Part shown: in pieces, positions 58,901-64,000 of the stretch
Numbering within the stretch: position 1 is the stretch's first letter
How the letters are laid out: each line of letters starts with the position of its first letter
Assembly (NCBI RefSeq): GCF_964204645.1
Contig: NC_134031.1
Location: 12,836,088-12,900,087 of the forward strand
Source: Tubulanus polymorphus
Lineage: Eukaryota > Animalia > Nemertea
Length of the DNA stretch: 64,000 nt
Reading direction: 5' to 3'
Program-made: the position numbers and the translations under genes
The notes under the pieces: generated by a model
Told to the model about the DNA's origin: nothing
Database searches by the model: none
Seen by the model: the letters and a program-made list of their open reading frames with translations, nothing else

Positions 58901-61900
58901 TATCGGAAAAACGACAATGTCGATGCGTAAAAGCGCTAAAATCATCAGGAAAAGAACTTTTCGACCCGAAAACGTCGTTCAGAGCGAGAATAGACGTTTT
59001 CTTATCAAATTTTCCCCCTGTCGGAAAAATGACAATATCGATGCGTAAAAGCGCTCAAATCGTCAGGAAAAGCACTTTTCGACCCGAAAACGTCGTTCAG
59101 CGCGAGAAAAGACGTTTTCGTATCAAATATTCCCCCTATAGGAAAAACGACAATGTCGATGCGTAAAAGCGCTCAAATCGTCAGCAAAAGCCCTTTTCGG
59201 CCCGAAAACGTCGTTCAGCGCGAGAAAAGATGTTTTCAGATCAAATATTCCCCCTATCGGAAAAACGACAATGTTGATGCGTTAAAAGCGCTCAAATCGT
59301 CAGGAAAAGCACTTTTCGACGCGAAAACGTCGTTCAGCGCGAGAAAAGACGTTTTTGTATCAAATATTCCCTATATCGGAAAAACGACGATGTCGATGCG
59401 TAAAATCGCTCAAATCGTCAGGAAAAGCACTTTTCGACCCGAAAACGTCGTTCAGCGCTAGTAAAGACGTTTTCGTATCAAATATTCCCCCTATCGGAAA
59501 AAACGACAATGTCGATGTGTAAAACCGCTCAAATCGTCAGGAAAAGCACTTTTCGATGCGAAAACGTCGTTCAGCGCTAGAAAAGACGTTTTCTTATCAA
59601 ATATTCCCCCGTCGGAAAAATGATAATGTCGATGCGTAAAAGCGCTCAAATCGTCAGGAAAAGCACTTTTCGACCCGAAAACGTCGTTCAGCGCGAGAAA
59701 AGACGTTTTCCCATCAAATATTCCCCCTATCGGAAAAACGACTATGTCGATGCGTAAAAGCGTTCAAATCGTAAGGAAAGCACTTTTCGACCCGAAAACG
59801 TCGTTCAGCGCGAGAATAGACGTTTTCTTATCAAATTTTCCCCCTGTCGGAAAAATGACAATATCGATGCGTAAAAGCGCTCAAATCGTCAGGAAAAGCA
59901 CTTTTCGACCCGAAAACGTCGTTCAGCGCGAGAAAAGACGTTTTCGTATCAAATATTCCCCCTATAGGAAAAACGACAATGTCGATGCGTAAAAGCGCTC
60001 AAATCGTCAGCAAAAGCACTTTTCGGCCCGAAAACGTCGTTCAGCGCGAGAAAGATGTTTTCGGATCAAATATTCCCCCTATGGGAAAAACGACAATGTT
60101 GATGCGTAAAAGCGCTCAAATCGTCAGGAAAAGCACTTTTCGACGCGAAAACGTCGTTCAGCGCGAGAAAAGACATTTTTGTATCAAATATTCCCTATAT
60201 CGGAAAAACGACAATGTCGATGCATAAAATCGCTCAAATCGTCAGGAAAAGCACTTATCGACCCGAAAACGTCGTTCAGCGCTAGAAAAGACGTTTTCGT
60301 ATCAAATATTCCCCCTATCGGAAAAACGACAATGTCGATGTGTAAAAGCGCCAAATCGTCAGGAAAAGCACTTTTCGATGCGAAAACGTCGTTCAGCGCT
60401 AGAAAAGACGTTTTCTTATCAAATATTCCCCCGTCGGAAAAATGATAATGTCGATGCGTAAAAGCGCTCAAATCGTCAGGAAAAGCACTTTTCGACCCGT
60501 AAACGTCGTTCAGCGCGAGAAAAGACGTTTTCTTATCAAATTTTCCCCCGTCGAAAAATGACAATGTCGATGCGTAAAAGCGTTTAAATCGTCAGGAAAA
60601 GCACTTTTCGACCCGAAAACGTCGTTCAGCGCGAGAAAAAACGTTTTCTTATCAAATTTTTCCCCTGTCGGAAAAACGACAATATCGATGCGTAAAAGCG
60701 CTCAAATCGTCAGGAAGAGCACTTTTCGACCCGAAAACGTCGTTCAACGCGAGAAAAGACGTTTTCGTATCAAATATTCCCCCTATGGGAAAAACGAAAA
60801 TGTCGATGCGTAAAAGCGCTCAAATCGTCAGGAAAAGCACTTTTCGACCCGAAAACGTCGTTCAGCGCGAGAAAAGACGTTTTCGTATCAAATATTCCCC
60901 CTATAGGAAAAACGACAATGTTGATGCGTAAAAGCGCTCAAATCGTCAGGAAAAGCACTTTTCGACGCGAAAACGCCGTTCAGCGGGAGAAAATACGTTT
61001 TCGTATCAAATATTCCCCATATCGGAAAAACGACTATGTCGATGCGTAAAAGCGCTCAAATCGTCAGGAAGAGCACTTTTCGACGCGAAAACGTCGTTCA
61101 GCGCGAGAAAAGACGTTTTCGTATCAAATATTCCCCCTATCGGAAAAACGACAATGTCGATGCGTAAAAGCGCTAAAATCATCAGGAAAAGAACTTTTCG
61201 ACCCGAAAACGTCGTTCAGCGCAAGAAAAGACGTTTTCGTTTCAAATATTCCCCCTATCGGAAAAACGACAATGTCGATGCGTAAAAGCGCTCAAATCGT
61301 CAGGAAAAGCACTTTTCGACGCGAAAACGACGTCGTTCAGCGCGAGAAAAGACGTTTTCGTATCAAATATTCCCCCTATCGGAAAAACGACAATGTCGAT
61401 GCGTAAAAGCGCTAAAATCATCAGGAAAAGAACTTTTCGACCCGAAAACGTCGTTCAGCGCGAGAATAGACGTTTTCTTATCAAATTTTCCCCCTGTCGG
61501 AAAAATGACAATATCGATGCGTAAAAGCGCTCAAATCGTCAGGAAAAGCACTTTTCGACCCGAAAACGTCGTTCAGCGCGAGAAAAGACGTTTTCGTATC
61601 AAATATTCCCCCTATAGGAAAAACGACAATGTCGATGCGTAAAAGCGCTCAAATCGTCAGGAAAAGCACTTTTCGACCCGAAAACGTCGTTCAGCGCGAG
61701 AAAAGACGTTTTCGTATCAAATATTGCCCCTATGGGAAAAACGACAATGTCGATGCGTAAAAGCGCTCAAATCGTCAGGAAAAGCACTTTTCGACCCGTC
61801 AACGTCGTTCAGCGCGAGAAAAGACGTTTTCTTATCAAATTTTTCCCCTGTCGGAAAAATGATAATGTCGATGCGTAAAAGCGCTCAAATCGTCAGGAAA

Positions 61901-64000
61901 AGCACTTTTCGACCCGAAAACGTCGTTCAGCGCGAGAAAAGACGTTTTCGTATCAAATATTCCCCCTATAGGAAAAACGACAATGTCGATGCGTAAAAGC
62001 GCTCAAATCGTCAGGAAAAGCACTTTTCGACCCAAAAACGTCGTTCAGCGCGAGAAAAGACGTTTTCGTATCAAATATTCCCCCTATAGGAAAAACGACA
62101 ATGTCGATGCGTAAAAGCGCTCAAATCGTCAGCAAAAGCCCTTTTCGGCCCGAAAACGTCGTTCAGCGCGAGAAAAGATGTTTTCAGATCAAATATTCCC
62201 CCTATCGGAAAAACGACAATGTTGATGCGTAAAAGCGCTCAAATCGTCAGGAAAAGCACTTTTCGACGCGAAAACGTCGTTCAGCGCGAGAAAAGACGTT
62301 TTTGTATCAAATATTCCCTATATCGGAAAAACGACGATGTCGATGCGTAAAATCGCTCAAATCGTCAGGAAAAGCACTTTTCGACCCGAAAACGTCGTTC
62401 AGCGCTAGAAAAGACGTTTTCGTATCAAATATTCCCCCTATCGGAAAAAACGACAATGTCGATGTGTAAAAGCGCTCAAATCGTCAGGAAAAGCACTTTT
62501 CGATGCGAAAACGTCGTTCAGCGCTAGAAAAGACGTTTTCTTATCAAATATTCCCCCGTCGGAAAAATGATAATGTCGATGCGTAAAAGCGCTCAAATCG
62601 TCAGGAAAAGCACTTTTCGACCCGAAAACGTCGTTCAGCGCGAGAAAAGACGTTTTCCTATCAAATATTCCCCCTATCGGAAAAACGACTATGTCGATGC
62701 GTAAAAGCGTTCAAATCGTAAGGAAAGCACTTTTCGACCCGAAAACGTCGTTCAGCGCGAGAAAAGACATTTTCTTATCAAATTTTTCCCCTGTCGGAAA
62801 AATGATAATGTCGATGCGTAAAAGCGCTCAAATTGTCAGGAAAAGCACTTTTCAAACCGTAAACGTCGTTCAGCGCGAGAAAAGACGTTTTCTTATCAAA
62901 TGTTCCCCCTGTCGGAAAAATGACAATGTCGATGCGTAAAAGGGCTCAAATCGTCAGGAAAAGCACTTTTCGACCCGAAAACGTCGTTCAGCGCGAGAAA
63001 AGACGTTTTCGTATTAAATATTCCCCCTATGGGAAAAACGACAATGTCGATGCGTAAAAGCGCTCAAATCGTCAAGAAAAGCACTTTTCGACCCAAAAAC
63101 GTCGTTCAGCGCGAGAAAAGACGTTTTCGTATCAAATATTCCCCCGTCGGAAAAATGATAATGTCGATGCGTAAAAGCGCTCAAATCGTCAGGAAAAGCA
63201 CTTTTCGACCCGAAAACGTCGTTCAGCGCGAGAAAAGACGTTTTCTTATCAATTTTTTCCCCTGTCGGAAAATAATAATGTCGATGCGTAAAAGCGCTCA
63301 AATCATCAGGAAAAGCACTTTTCGACCCGTAAACGTCGTTCAGCGCGAGAAAAGACGTTTTCTTATCAAATTTTCCCCCTGTCGGAATAATGACAATGTC
63401 GATGCGTAAAAGCGTTCAAATCGTAAGGAAAGCACTTTTCGACCCGAAAACGTCGTTCAGCGCGAGAAAAGACATTTTCTTATCAAATTTTTCCCCTTTC
63501 GGAAAAATGATAATGTCGATGCGTAAAAGCGCTCAAATTGTCAGGAAAAGCACTTTTCAAACCGTAAACGTCGTTCAGCGCGAGAAAAGACGTTTTCTTA
63601 TCAAATGTTCCCCCTGTCGGAAAAATGATAATGTCGATGCGTAAAAGCGCTCAAATTGTCAGGAAAAGCACTTTTCGACCCGTAAACGTCGTTCAGCGCG
63701 AGAAAAGACGTTTTCCTATCAAATATCCCCCCTATCGGAAAAACGACAATTTCGATGCGTAAAAGCGCTAAAATCATCAGGAAAAGCACTTTTCGACCCG
63801 AAAACGTCGTTCAGCGCGAGAAAAGAAGTTTTCGTATCAAATAATTCCCCATATCGGAAAAACGACAATGTCGATGCGTAAAATCGCTCAAATCGTCGGG
63901 AAAAGCACTTTTCGACGCGAAAACGTCGTTCAGCGCGATGCGTAAAAGCGCTCAAATCGTCAGGAAAAGCACTTTTCGACCCGTCAACGTCGTTCAGCGC
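49933..64000. repeat. 118-bp satellite DNA array (~119 monomers, continues beyond the window)
   Basis: Consensus tatcggaaaaacgacaatgtcgatgcgtaaaagcgctcaaatcgtcaggaaaagcacttttcgacccgaaaacgtcgttcagcgcgagaaaagacgttttcgtatcaaatattccccc, head-to-tail with low divergence. Confidence 0.99.

Noticed and set aside
49933-64000. Dozens of ORFs (MSMRKSAQIVRK...) and a possible CRISPR-like array
   Set aside because: The ORFs are translations of the 118-bp satellite. There are no unique spacers and no cas genes.

Overview
Eukaryotic (probably invertebrate animal) repeat-rich, likely pericentromeric DNA with no recognisable host gene. It contains: (1) about 7 kb of non-coding DNA with MITEs, a (TA)n microsatellite and a ~155-bp tandem repeat carrying CTCF-like motifs; (2) a decayed Polinton/Maverick-like copy A (~7.0-15.1 kb, +) interrupted by a BEL/Pao fragment; (3) a short terminal derivative C (20.9-22.3 kb) with a hairpin end and an NCLDV-type HNH nuclease; (4) a near-complete, very AT-rich Polinton-like virus, element B (~23.2-38.7 kb), with integrase, packaging ATPase, MCP, minor capsid protein, a block of membrane proteins, pPolB and a 410-bp terminal palindrome, but no visible adenain protease; (5) a 5'-truncated L1/Tx1 LINE (38.7-43.4 kb); (6) an inverted duplicate of 9.2-17.9 kb at 43.4-49.9 kb; (7) a 118-bp CpG-rich satellite with higher-order structure from 49.9 kb to the window end. 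The most striking signal is that 13 of 15 genes of element B start in the context TAAATG. Their upstream elements fall into two classes: T4-7-N6-7-TAAATG for the capsid/membrane block and TAAAA(A)-N9-TAAATG for most others. This resembles poxvirus late and intermediate promoter grammar and suggests an endogenous, virophage-like Polinton that relies on a poxvirus/NCLDV transcription machinery. That interpretation is inference and has not been tested.
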